Source of the DNA: Thalia democratica
Taxonomy: Eukaryota
Assembly (NCBI GenBank): GCA_965202585.1
Contig: OZ241829.1
Coordinates: forward strand, 18,042,001-18,106,000
Length of the DNA stretch: 64,000 bases
Direction: 5' to 3'
The notes under the pieces: model-generated
What the model was told of the DNA's origin: nothing
Seen by the model: only the letters and a program-made list of their open reading frames with translations
The model's database searches: none
In this document: positions 49,804-60,512 of the stretch, piece by piece
How positions within the stretch are numbered: the stretch's first letter is position 1
How the letters are laid out: each line of letters opens with the position of its first letter
Position numbers and translations under genes: made by a program

Positions 49804-50127
49804 TTAATTGGTCTCTCCCACCATTTCAAAATACGGTTGGTTATAAATGATGAAATACCTTAATTTCATCTCCAAATTGAATAGTGAAATATCTTGAAAA
49901 CTTATCATGTGAGTAATTCCTACAAAACCTATTGCGTACGAGCATTTCTCACTTACTTCGTTTTCAAAAAGGAAATTAAAATGGGTGCAGAAATTTTTTA
50001 TCTTATTACTGTTTGAGCATTCATATAAATGAAAATTTTTATGTAAGAATTCTTTAAAGTTCTCATTCGAATTTATATAATTATAGAAGTCCTCTCCATA
50101 TACGGGGTTAATCATAAGTAAGATCAT
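49804..50127 (-). CDS. Element accessory ORF107, unknown function
   Basis: 107-aa open frame in very AT-rich DNA, directly upstream of the poly(A) block preceding env. Aromatic-rich with three Cys. Confidence 0.4.
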   Translation of the reverse strand: MILLMINPVYGEDFYNYINSNENFKEFLHKNFHLYECSNSNKIKNFCTHFNFLFENEVSEKCSYAIGFVGITHMISFQDISLFNLEMKLRYFIIYNQPYFEMVGETN

Positions 50128-50863
50128 TACAATTTTATCTAAAATAGTTATAATTTTTAGGGTGATTACTAATCAATATGCCTACAAAAAATTTTACTTT
50201 GCTAAATTAGCTCAATTAAATTGAAGATGTAAAAATAAAATAAAAAATTAGTGAGGGATGGAATAAAAATATGGCTAAAAAAAATACAAAACAAAACATT
50301 TTCTGAGGTAAAACTACTTAATTAATTCAGTAATTCATAAAAAACTATAAACTGTTTCGTAATTATAAACATAGACAATCATATTTAAACATACATTTTT
50401 ATTATTAATTATATCTGCTTATTTGCTATTTAAATCTAAAAAAATAACAGATATTATGATATTGAAATTCAATGTTATTTAAAGTTAAGTAATTAGAAAA
50501 ATTACATAAAAAAACAAAAAACTTATAACAAAACCTAAATATTGTTTTTTTCAATTTTGTAATAAACTCAATGTCCGTTTTTCCATGACCCTTTCAACTT
50601 CGTCGTTTTTTTTTCTGACAGATGTCTCGTGGAATTGTCGAGCAAAAAGGTATCTTCTTGACTTCATCATGGACGTTTGAATTTAAAAGCAAAGTTTCTT
50701 TCGTAGAAACATCATCATAAAAAATATTTCATTTGGAGTATCTTCTTTCCAAATATTTTCGAGCAGTTTAGCTCGGAATGTTTTCATAGTTCAATAATCT
50801 TTATAAAATAATAAATATTTTTGTTTCTATTTAAGAAGTTTAATTAAGTTCTATTTAGGTGAG

Positions 50864-51326
50864 TTCCATGTCAACTTATTCGTCCCCACATATCTTCCAT
50901 ATCAACTTATTCGTCTCCACACATATTCCATATTAACTTATTCGTCTCCACACATCCTCCATATCAACTCATTCGTCTCCACACATCTTCCATATCAACT
51001 TATTCGTCCCCACACATCTTCCATATCAACTTATTCGTCCCCACACATATTCCATTTCAACTCATTCGTCTCCACACATCTTCCATATCAACTTATTCGT
51101 CCCCACACATCTTCCATATCAACTTATTCGTCTCCACACATTTTCCATATCAACTCATTCGTCTCCACACATCTTCCATATCAACCTATTCGTCCCCACA
51201 CATCTTCCATATCAACTTATTCGTCTCCACACATATTCCATATCAACTTATTCGTCTCCACACATCTTCCATATCAACTTATTCGTCCCCACACATCTTC
51301 CATATCAACTTATTCGGTTCCACACA
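50864..51326. repeat. 31-bp tandem repeat, ~15 copies, inside the LTR element
   Basis: Unit ttccatatcaacttattcgtc(c/t)ccacacatc with exact 31-bp period from 50864 to 51298 plus a partial last copy. Confidence 0.95.
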
Positions 51327-54300
51327 ACGACTATCTTTCAGTTAATATTACTGGAGCTGTTTACCCTTCCAAACTTTAAAAAAATTTTACCTCACATAAA
51401 ATGATAAATATTTCTGAGTTCAGCCAACGAAGTTCGTATAAAATATTGACAAATTGATAAGTTTCATTATGTAGTGTCACGGGAATAGAATTGCGTCCTC
51501 CAGACTACTAACTTTTAGTTTTTTATTTGTTTAAAATTTATTTATTAAATGTTTTTTTTTTTTTTTTTTTTTTTTTTGACAACAAGTCTGCTGCTGATTA
51601 ATGCCTGATATTGAAATAATACTACCAAAAAGTATGATATTACCTGATTACTTTTGAAAAACTGTACACACAATTGCTTGTTATAAATCGTTAAGTTTGT
51701 ATTTGAAAATAAGAATTTTCAAAGTAAAGAATTCAAAATAATCTAGTTTTTAAAATTTAATGCTACTAAATTATTTGGTAAATCACTACTTTTAAAACAC
51801 TTCCATATGTTTTATTAGTCAATAATTAATAATTTTTAGAGCCTTAGCACTTGGAGTTAAAATATTTTTTTAATAATTAAAGTTATATAAGACTGAATGA
51901 AGATTACAATTTTAAACTATTTATTGTTCATTAGTCGAATATTTGCAATGTTTTAGAATAAGTTCACTTAAAAATTTAATTTATAAATTGATATAGTAAC
52001 AAAGAGATAGAGTAACTCGGATGTTAATATACTGTTATAATATTTCATGTTTGACATAATGTCATGATTTGACAACTTTAAAACACTTGATTTGTGGTTA
52101 TTCTACTGGCTTAAAAAAAACTATATTTATATTATTTTTATGATATACAATGCACTAAGATTAATATAATTAAATGAATACTGAAATTCACTGTTAACAT
52201 GCCATGCGAGGTTGCTTACGAGTTAAGTAGTTAAACTAGCAATTTAAAAAGGACCAGAACTTTGCGCTTTTTTAAAAAACCAAAATTTCTTCATCATAAA
52301 TGAATAACATCAACAATATATATATACAAGAAAAAAAAATAAGATAAATTAATATGAAAACTACAACAGTCAGACTATACATATAGTAACTATAAATCAT
52401 AATATATTTCTAAGCATGACATAATGAGAATAAACTTAATAAGTAATTTGTAGTTTAAGACAATGAAAGTTCTACATCGATGCTCAAACCCATAAAATGC
52501 CTTATGCATAATATCAACATTACTGTTACCTAAACAAATCACAACCGCTTGTGAAGCTATAATCAAAAGTTTATATACCTATTTTTTATACACTTTTTAA
52601 GCAAACATTAGTGGAATTTTTTAGGCATTAAGTAAGATTGTTAAAAAATAGATAAAGCTACTCATACTTTATATTTTTTTATAATTCATTTTAATAAACT
52701 TAATTAATAAGTTATTAAAGCAAAATATTTATTATATTATTTAGATAATTTAATGAATATAATTAAATGATAACAGTTTTTTAATCTAAATTCACAGAAA
52801 TATGTTTGATAGTTATTGTATCATTATAGCAATCAATAGTTAAATATTAAATGTATTAATTAACTTTTTACTGAATTATTATTATAACTTTATCAATAGA
52901 TATAAATCACTTTAAGTAATCAAAATAGCTTTAAACCTACAGAGAAAACTAATTATTAAACTAGAAGTTTGCCGTACAATGTGACGTAATATATCAACAA
53001 ATTGAGTTAAGTATTTCTTTTCAAATTATGTTACAAGAGACTAAAAAGACAATTAGTTAATAAAATTAAGTGTTTTGGTAAGAAAAACTTCATAGTACTT
53101 TTAGGTTCTGTTTTGTTATCGATTTTAAAGTCAAACGCCATACTAAATAAATTAAAGCCAGATGTTATGAAAATTTTTCAATTGTTATTTACTCCTAACG
53201 TTTTAGATTTTATCGATAAGAAAATAAAATCAAACTGAAATTTAAATTGATAAGAAAGTTTAACTTTTACGACAGTAACTATAAAAAATTATCAGATGCT
53301 TGTAAAACGAAAATAGCAAGTTTTATTTTGTTATTGTTTGAAAAATTTATTTTTAACAATTTTTGTTACAAAATCTGTCAATCATTACTCCTATTTGTTT
53401 ATGATTAAAGTACATTTTTACTGCTGTAACTTTATCTTAAGAAAATTCGATTTTTTATACGACGGGAATTTTATCACAAACAGGTGCGGTTAAATAATTT
53501 AAACTCCTTCCGTTGTGTTAACAATCTTTAAAACATTGTTAAAAAAGATTTAAAGTTAGGCTATAAGATTGTATCGTAATAATTTAAAGTTTGAAAATAA
53601 ATATTCTTAAAGTTATTAAGTATTGTGTAGTTATTATACACAAATTGTAATTAGAATATACTAAAACATTCTAAACTTCTTATATTCTTAATGAAAATCA
53701 CACTAACAAAAATAATAGCGACATAATTATACACATGACATAGTTAAATAGTTAAATGTAAACAACAAAACTCTTTTATTTTTTTTATTAAATAATATTT
53801 GCAACTTTTTTATGCTTTTTTTTTATCTTTTAATTTTATATTTTTCTTATTTATTCTTTATTTTACCAACTAAACATATGAAAATAAAATAACTTAAAAT
53901 TTAGTATATTGAGTAACAAAAAAACATTTAAATGTTTTGATTATTTTGAACAAAATGAATCTAATAAATATTAATTTGCACTTAAGCAAAACCGAAGTTA
54001 CCTAACTATAATTATGTCAAAATTATATAAAAAATCATTTTATAAATATTATCACTGTTCTGTTTAATTATTATCATCTTTAATATCTCGTATCAATATT
54101 TTATAGTTACGGTGTTAAACATAACAACACATCAAAAAAAATCGAAAAAAAAAAAAATTTCTAGTTTAAAGAATCGAAGTTTATATTGATAACAATAATT
54201 ATTAAGTGAAGTCATAACTGTTAATATTATTCGTAAAGTAATTTGTTTTAAAACGCAGGATAACGTTAGATGTGTCTTAATGTGTTTCTAATAATGTTCC

Positions 54301-54753
54301 TCTATTTTTTCAAATGAAAGTACTCAATTTTAATTAACCCACATACTACAATAACATATAAGCTTCAAACTTTGGATTATAAATTATAATTTAAGCAATC
54401 ATATATTTGTTTAATAATATAAAATTTTAACATCTCTACTTATTGTTTATTTAATTATTATACCAAGTAGTAATAATAAAAAAATATAAAAAAAATTATC
54501 TAAATAATGAAAAAATAAAATAGTTACTAACAGTTTAATTGATTTCTTCCGAATGAGCTGAATTATGTAGAAACAAGATTTCTTCAAAACTGGTCTAAAA
54601 TTTATTCCTATTCGTCTGCATCGTGACCTTCCTTTCATATTCCCTCACGCGCAGAATCAATAAGTATCCTAGATTTTGTCCTGCTTCCTGTCGATCGCTT
54701 AAATTTTCCTAAATATTTCATAATCAACTATTTAACACTATTTCCCGCTAAGT

Positions 54754-55240
54754 CTACTGTGGCTCTGCATAATTTTTAGTTTCCATGTTCTAACTTAGGT
54801 CCAACGATAAGAAAAAGTAATGTATTTGACCTCTCCCAATTTCTAGAATATATTTTCTAAAAATAGTGTTAAGCTCTGCTGTGGCTCTGCATAATTTTTA
54901 GTTTCCATGTTCACTTAGGTCCAACGATAAGAAAAGTAATGTATTTGACCTCTCCCAATTTCTAGAATAGATTTTCTAAAAATAGTGTTAAGCTCTGCTG
55001 TGGCTCTGCATAATTTTTAGTTTCCATGTTCACTTAGGTCCAACGATAAGAAAAGTAATGTATTTGACCTCTCCCAATTTCTTAGAATAGATTTTCTAAA
55101 AATAGTGTTAAGCTCTGCTGTCCATTTTCTATACTTCATAAAGCTTCATATGGCCAACAAACAAATACATAAAAATGTTTATCCACCAAAATTTTGTTTT
55201 CCATGTTCTCCTTTTAGGCCCAACGATAAGAAAGGATAAA
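54754..55240. repeat. ~120-bp tandem repeat, 3 copies plus partials, inside the LTR element
   Basis: Units start at 54754, 54876, 54995 and 55115 (partial): ct(a/g)ctgtggctctgcataatttttagtttccatg...aaatagtgttaagct. A diverged partial copy lies at ~55192-55240. Confidence 0.95.
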
Positions 55241-56921
55241 AGTTAATATAAAAGTAAAAACTACTGCCTTTTTGAAGTATGAAATTGACGTGTTGTAAAA
55301 CAACGCGTACTTTATTAATTGATTATTATTCGCAACTCAAGAATTTAAATTATGGTACTATAATTTATCATAGATTAAAACATTTTTAAAATCATTAATA
55401 ATTAAGTTAACATAAGTAGTGAGATTTCCTTACAAATATGTAATAATATAAAAAAAAATAATATAATAATATTTAACTCTTTACTATTATAATACATATT
55501 TAACAAAACACAAAAAATCTCAGTATGCTACATATAATTCTAATGCAACTAAAAAAAATTTGAAGTCTGAGCTTTCCTTTCAGTTGATTTTTTTTTTATA
55601 AATGTTTCTTGAAAAGCAGATATATATGATCACAACAAAAGAAAAAAATCTTAAATATCTTCTATCAAAATTGTAACTACTTGATAAAAATTTAATTATC
55701 TTCAGTTTCTTGTTCAATTGAATTCCCCTGACTCCTATACTTGAAATAATTCAATTTTGAATAAGTTGAAAAGTTTAACTTAAAAAAGCACTCAAGTTTC
55801 CTTAGCTTCTTAAATGATCCAAGTGCTGGCAAAATAAATTTATGCCACAACTTTTTAAATATTTTAATTTAAAAAGTTTTGTGTAAACATATTCATTAAT
55901 CTAACAATTTCTAATTTTAAGTATCGCGTTTTTTTTTTTAATTTTATTATATTTTATTTATCTAAATAGTTACAAATATTAATCAATTATTCGCCGACAA
56001 GCTAAAAATTTATACTAAATAATATCAGCTGGGAATATTATTACAAAATAAAACAAAATAAAAACATTTATTTTTCAAAATCCTACAAAAAATTTAAAAA
56101 ATTTGTTTCACTAATTATATTCCCATGTTAATTAAATGTCACAATTTCGAATACAAATCCTTTGTGTATAACGTCGCATATTAAAAAATTAAAATATTCG
56201 TTTGCACTTATTAACAAAATTTATTTAAAAACAAATTTTTATTCAAAAGCTAATTTTTATTCTCATGCTTTACTAATTTCTATTGACAAAAAGTTTCATA
56301 TTATATTACAAAGTTGTTAAATGAAAGCTATAGCATCTTATGCATTTATATAATATGTTAAATAAAATCTGAAACAATATTTATTTACTCATGCCCATCG
56401 ATACTTTATACTCGTAACATCGATACAAGATTTATAAATACTGTTAATACATAATATAATACATTATTCTAAAATTAATAGTTTATAATATTAATTATTC
56501 AAAAATTTTTTTTATAAGTTTTATGATTTTTGGAAATTTTTATTAATTTTTATTATTTTTTTATATTTTTTATTTTTATTTTATTTTTATTTTATTTTTA
56601 TTGAAATTTTTTTTTGTTATTATATTATGGACAAAATAAAAAAAATTAATTACATGCAATAAGATGAAAAAGTAACACAACAAGTTGATTACCATCGCTT
56701 GTTTAAGCTTAAACAGGCCTTACTAAATTAACACAAAAAAAAATCTTAATAAATAAGTATTTCGCACCCAATTGCTTATTGTAACGAATCACACAGCTAT
56801 GCTTTAATATTAAAACTATTTTTATATATCATGCTAACTAAAACAATATTGTACGAATAAAATATTTTGAACATGTCAATCTGATTAATGTTAATTCCTA
56901 CTCTCAATTCAAAACTTACTT

Positions 56922-59900
56922 TTAATCGGATTCATCGTATGTGGTAGTGTCTATATCTGCGTAGTTTAGTTCAATATTTCTTTCCCTCAAATTGTATGCA
57001 GCCGTAGGTCCCAATTTGTTACCCTCCGCGTCGAGCTCCTCACGAGGGAAATACCCTTTTACGTTTCTTAATGAGACTTTTATTGGTTTACCATTTTTTT
57101 CTATGATCATGGAGTGATCGGAATAGGAAAGTACTGGGTACGGGCCGTGATATTGTGCACTCAGATGTGATTTATTCTTTTTTCTAATCCACACTTTCTC
57201 ACAGTCAAAAAGACCAGGCTCATAATAAGTATGCTTTTCTGTGTAGCATTTATGTTTTATATATGCATTCGACATCGTATGAAGGAAGAAATTTGTTTCA
57301 TAAGTGTCAATCTCCTTATGGTTGTTGCTGACCTTGTTGAAAAATATCCTACCACTTATATTTGTGCACGTTCCTAATGCTAATTGCGACGGAGTAAACA
57401 GATTCCCTTCAATAAACGAGTTGTTAATGGATGTAGTTATCAGAGGTAAGAGCATAGACCATTTTTCTTTATCGACTAACGTTCTTAATGCAACATTAAT
57501 ACTTCTGTGTTGTCTTTCAACAAAACCATTACTTTCTGGACTATTAGGTGGTACGTATCGATGGTCTATACCTAATTGTTGGAATACTTCCTTGAGAAGG
57601 CTATTAGTAAACTCACATCCATTGTCTGTGACAATAACTTGTGGTACTCCAAAAATCCCGCACCACGATTGTATCAGCGCATTTTTTACTGTCTGAGCTT
57701 TCTTATTAGGTAAAGGTGTAGTAACCAAAAATCCGGTACCTCTGTCTTTGATAGTCATAATATACTTGTTATCATCTGAAATTACATTCATTGGACCAAT
57801 AAGATCCACATGAATAAATTGGAAACGTTCTGTATTCTTTGGATACAGACCTATTTTAGGTCTATTGTGTCTAAAAGTTTTAGTAGCTTGGCACTCGGCA
57901 CAGCTCTTACACCAATATTTTATGTCAGTCTTCAAAGTTGGCCACCAGTAATCCTTTGCAGTCGCTATTATAGATCTTTCTACTCCCAAATGTAGATATC
58001 CGTGAGCTAATTCAAATGCTGTCAAACGTATTATCGAGGGTAAGATTATACGTTGGTTATCTCCTTCTTGGATTACTGCTAAGTCCTCCGATCCCACATA
58101 TTTTATTTCCTTTTTTAATTCTTTGGCTTTCTTTAATAATAAAGGTTCGTTTTTTTGAAGTTGGGCTATTTCTAATTTATTTAATGATGCCGCTGTTATT
58201 AACTCTTCTTCATTTTCAGTCAGATCATCATCTGTGTCAGAACAGTTCAAATCTGTGTTTGAGTTATGAACATAGTCTGGATCATTATCTTGTAGGGCTA
58301 TGTGCATGGATGTGCTATGAGGTGGTCTGCTTAATATATCGGCTACTATGTTATCGGCACCAGCTATATGTTTTATAAAAGGGTTAAACTCCTTGATTGC
58401 CGCGATGTAACGTTGTTCCATTGGTGACTGATCTTTAATTGGATTTGTGATTGCTTTTTCTACTGACTGACTGTCGGTCCTAATAATAAGTTCACGACCA
58501 ATTATCCTACTTTGAAAATGTTTCAAACTTAAATACAGAGCCCTTAGTTCTTTATAAAAAGTAGATCTATATCTCTTAAGGCTAGGAAGTTTTTTTGAAA
58601 AGAACGCAAGAGGCCTTTTATTTCCATCTATTCCTTCCTGCTCAAACACCGCCCCCACATCAGTTTCGTATGCGTCTGAGTATAATATTAATGGCTTATT
58701 GTGATCTTCATACGCTAAGGTTGCTGCCTTTGCCAACACCTTCAATGTATCCTTATATGCATTAATTTGGAATTGATTTAGTTTTAGTGGTTTTTTGTTA
58801 GTAGCTTTGGGTCCTCCAGACAATTCGTTAAGTGGTGCTGTGATTTCAGATAATCTTGGAATGTGATGGTAATAATAATTGACTAAACCGATGAATCTTT
58901 TTAGTTCCTTTCTATTTGTTGGCCTCGGTAAATTAATAATTGCTTCTACTTTGCTATCCATGACACCTATACCATCGGCTCCAATTGAATGTCCTAAAAA
59001 ATCTACTTTTGGTTCTGCTATTATACACTTCTTAGCGTTTAAATACAGTCCACTATCTTGTAATGTTTGAAGCACCTTTCTAAGATGCAATTTGTGATCT
59101 TTTTTAGTTTCACTAAAAACAAGTATGTCATCTAGATAAACATAAACAAAACCTGTGCAAGGAGTCAAAATATCTTCCATCATCATCTGAAAACGCATCG
59201 GCGCATTCATGAGGCCAAATGTTGTGCGATGAGGGATAAACACACCATGATGAGCAATTATAGCAGCATATTTTTGAGAGTTTGGGTGAATTGGAAGACT
59301 GTAGTACGCTTCTTTTAAGTCAAGACAGGAAAAAATTTTTGACCCATTTGGAATAAACTCAGGAAGCTCATCAATGCGAGGCAATGGGTATGAGATTGGG
59401 TTTGTGTGGGCATTTAAGGTTGTATAATCTATGCAGATTCTTATATTTCCATCTTTTTTTGGTACCATCGTAATTGGTGATACATATCTTGCTTCTTGTC
59501 CTCTTGACATTGCCCCTCTTATTATTAAATCGTTAAAATTTTCCTCAACTATTTTACGTCTCATTCCGTTGCATTTACGTGCTTTAATCATTCTTGGTAC
59601 TAGATTTTTTACTTTTATCTCCAGTGAATGTCCATGTTTAACTGGTTTATTGTAATCTGGTTCCATTGTAAGTTCTTTGAATTCCTCAAGTATGCTTTTT
59701 ATATTGTTTTTGTCATCCGATTTCTCTTGGTAACTAGTTATTTTGAGTTTGTTACATGGTCCCTCAGCAGCTGTGGTTAATTCCCCAGCTGTATATAGTC
59801 TGGCTTTACGATTTAAATTGTATTCAAGAATTTCGGAAGTGTGGGGTGAAATAATTAGTTTGTTAGCTTTGAGTATATCTAATCCAATAATTCCATAGTC

Positions 59901-60512
59901 CCCCGATTCCTTGGTAACCCAAAATGTGGCTTTTTTTAAAAGCATATTTCCAATGCTGAGGTCCACATCTACACTTCCTATTGGATAAATGGTTGAGTTT
60001 CCCAAACCCTTTATTGTTTTACTTTTTGGCTGGAAATGTTGATTTATTCCATTAGTTAACATTTTCGGTAAGATAGACACTTCACTACCTGAATCGATCA
60101 ATAACAAGACTCCCGATTTTTTTTCCAGTGCGAATAGGAGGTTTTTAGGAAGATTTTTTATATCGGTTGTTTCTGTTTTATTTTCTAAAACTGAGCATTG
60201 TTTAACCGGAACATTACTTTTGTCCAAAACCAATTCGTTTATCTTTTTCAAAATATTTTCTAGATTGTTGTTTATTTGATCTGTATTTCCCGAACATGTA
60301 GGCATTGTACTTTCATGAATATTATTCTCTTTCGTTCCTTTCATGCTTACAGTTAATGAGCTCTTTTGATTTACAAAACTATTTTCTGTGTTATCCACAG
60401 GTATTGCTTTGTAACTGCAGTTTTTATTATCTTCGTCGTATAACTTAGTTTCCTTGTCCTTTGTTAAGTCTGTTTGCAACGTTGCAACTTTTCTGTTGTT
60501 GGTGATTCGCAA
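56922..60512 (-). CDS. pol: Pol polyprotein: aspartic protease, reverse transcriptase, RNase H, integrase (Ty3/gypsy order)
   Basis: PR LIDSGSEVSIL. RT CIDYTTLN, LDLKEAYY, FGLMNAP, YLDDILV. RH SDAYETDVGAV, ELRAL, RTDSQS. IN HGYLH..CKSC, VDLIGP, TDNGCEF, NGFVERQH, GPY. Open for 1196 codons. The frame starts at TTG, and the first ATG is codon 57. Confidence 0.97.
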   Translation of the reverse strand: MRITNNRKVATLQTDLTKDKETKLYDEDNKNCSYKAIPVDNTENSFVNQKSSLTVSMKGTKENNIHESTMPTCSGNTDQINNNLENILKKINELVLDKSNVPVKQCSVLENKTETTDIKNLPKNLLFALEKKSGVLLLIDSGSEVSILPKMLTNGINQHFQPKSKTIKGLGNSTIYPIGSVDVDLSIGNMLLKKATFWVTKESGDYGIIGLDILKANKLIISPHTSEILEYNLNRKARLYTAGELTTAAEGPCNKLKITSYQEKSDDKNNIKSILEEFKELTMEPDYNKPVKHGHSLEIKVKNLVPRMIKARKCNGMRRKIVEENFNDLIIRGAMSRGQEARYVSPITMVPKKDGNIRICIDYTTLNAHTNPISYPLPRIDELPEFIPNGSKIFSCLDLKEAYYSLPIHPNSQKYAAIIAHHGVFIPHRTTFGLMNAPMRFQMMMEDILTPCTGFVYVYLDDILVFSETKKDHKLHLRKVLQTLQDSGLYLNAKKCIIAEPKVDFLGHSIGADGIGVMDSKVEAIINLPRPTNRKELKRFIGLVNYYYHHIPRLSEITAPLNELSGGPKATNKKPLKLNQFQINAYKDTLKVLAKAATLAYEDHNKPLILYSDAYETDVGAVFEQEGIDGNKRPLAFFSKKLPSLKRYRSTFYKELRALYLSLKHFQSRIIGRELIIRTDSQSVEKAITNPIKDQSPMEQRYIAAIKEFNPFIKHIAGADNIVADILSRPPHSTSMHIALQDNDPDYVHNSNTDLNCSDTDDDLTENEEELITAASLNKLEIAQLQKNEPLLLKKAKELKKEIKYVGSEDLAVIQEGDNQRIILPSIIRLTAFELAHGYLHLGVERSIIATAKDYWWPTLKTDIKYWCKSCAECQATKTFRHNRPKIGLYPKNTERFQFIHVDLIGPMNVISDDNKYIMTIKDRGTGFLVTTPLPNKKAQTVKNALIQSWCGIFGVPQVIVTDNGCEFTNSLLKEVFQQLGIDHRYVPPNSPESNGFVERQHRSINVALRTLVDKEKWSMLLPLITTSINNSFIEGNLFTPSQLALGTCTNISGRIFFNKVSNNHKEIDTYETNFFLHTMSNAYIKHKCYTEKHTYYEPGLFDCEKVWIRKKNKSHLSAQYHGPYPVLSYSDHSMIIEKNGKPIKVSLRNVKGYFPREELDAEGNKLGPTAAYNLRERNIELNYADIDTTTYDESD

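Noticed and set aside
50864-51326. 31-bp array as a CRISPR array
   Set aside because: Units are head-to-tail with no unique spacers, no cas genes are present, and the context is eukaryotic.
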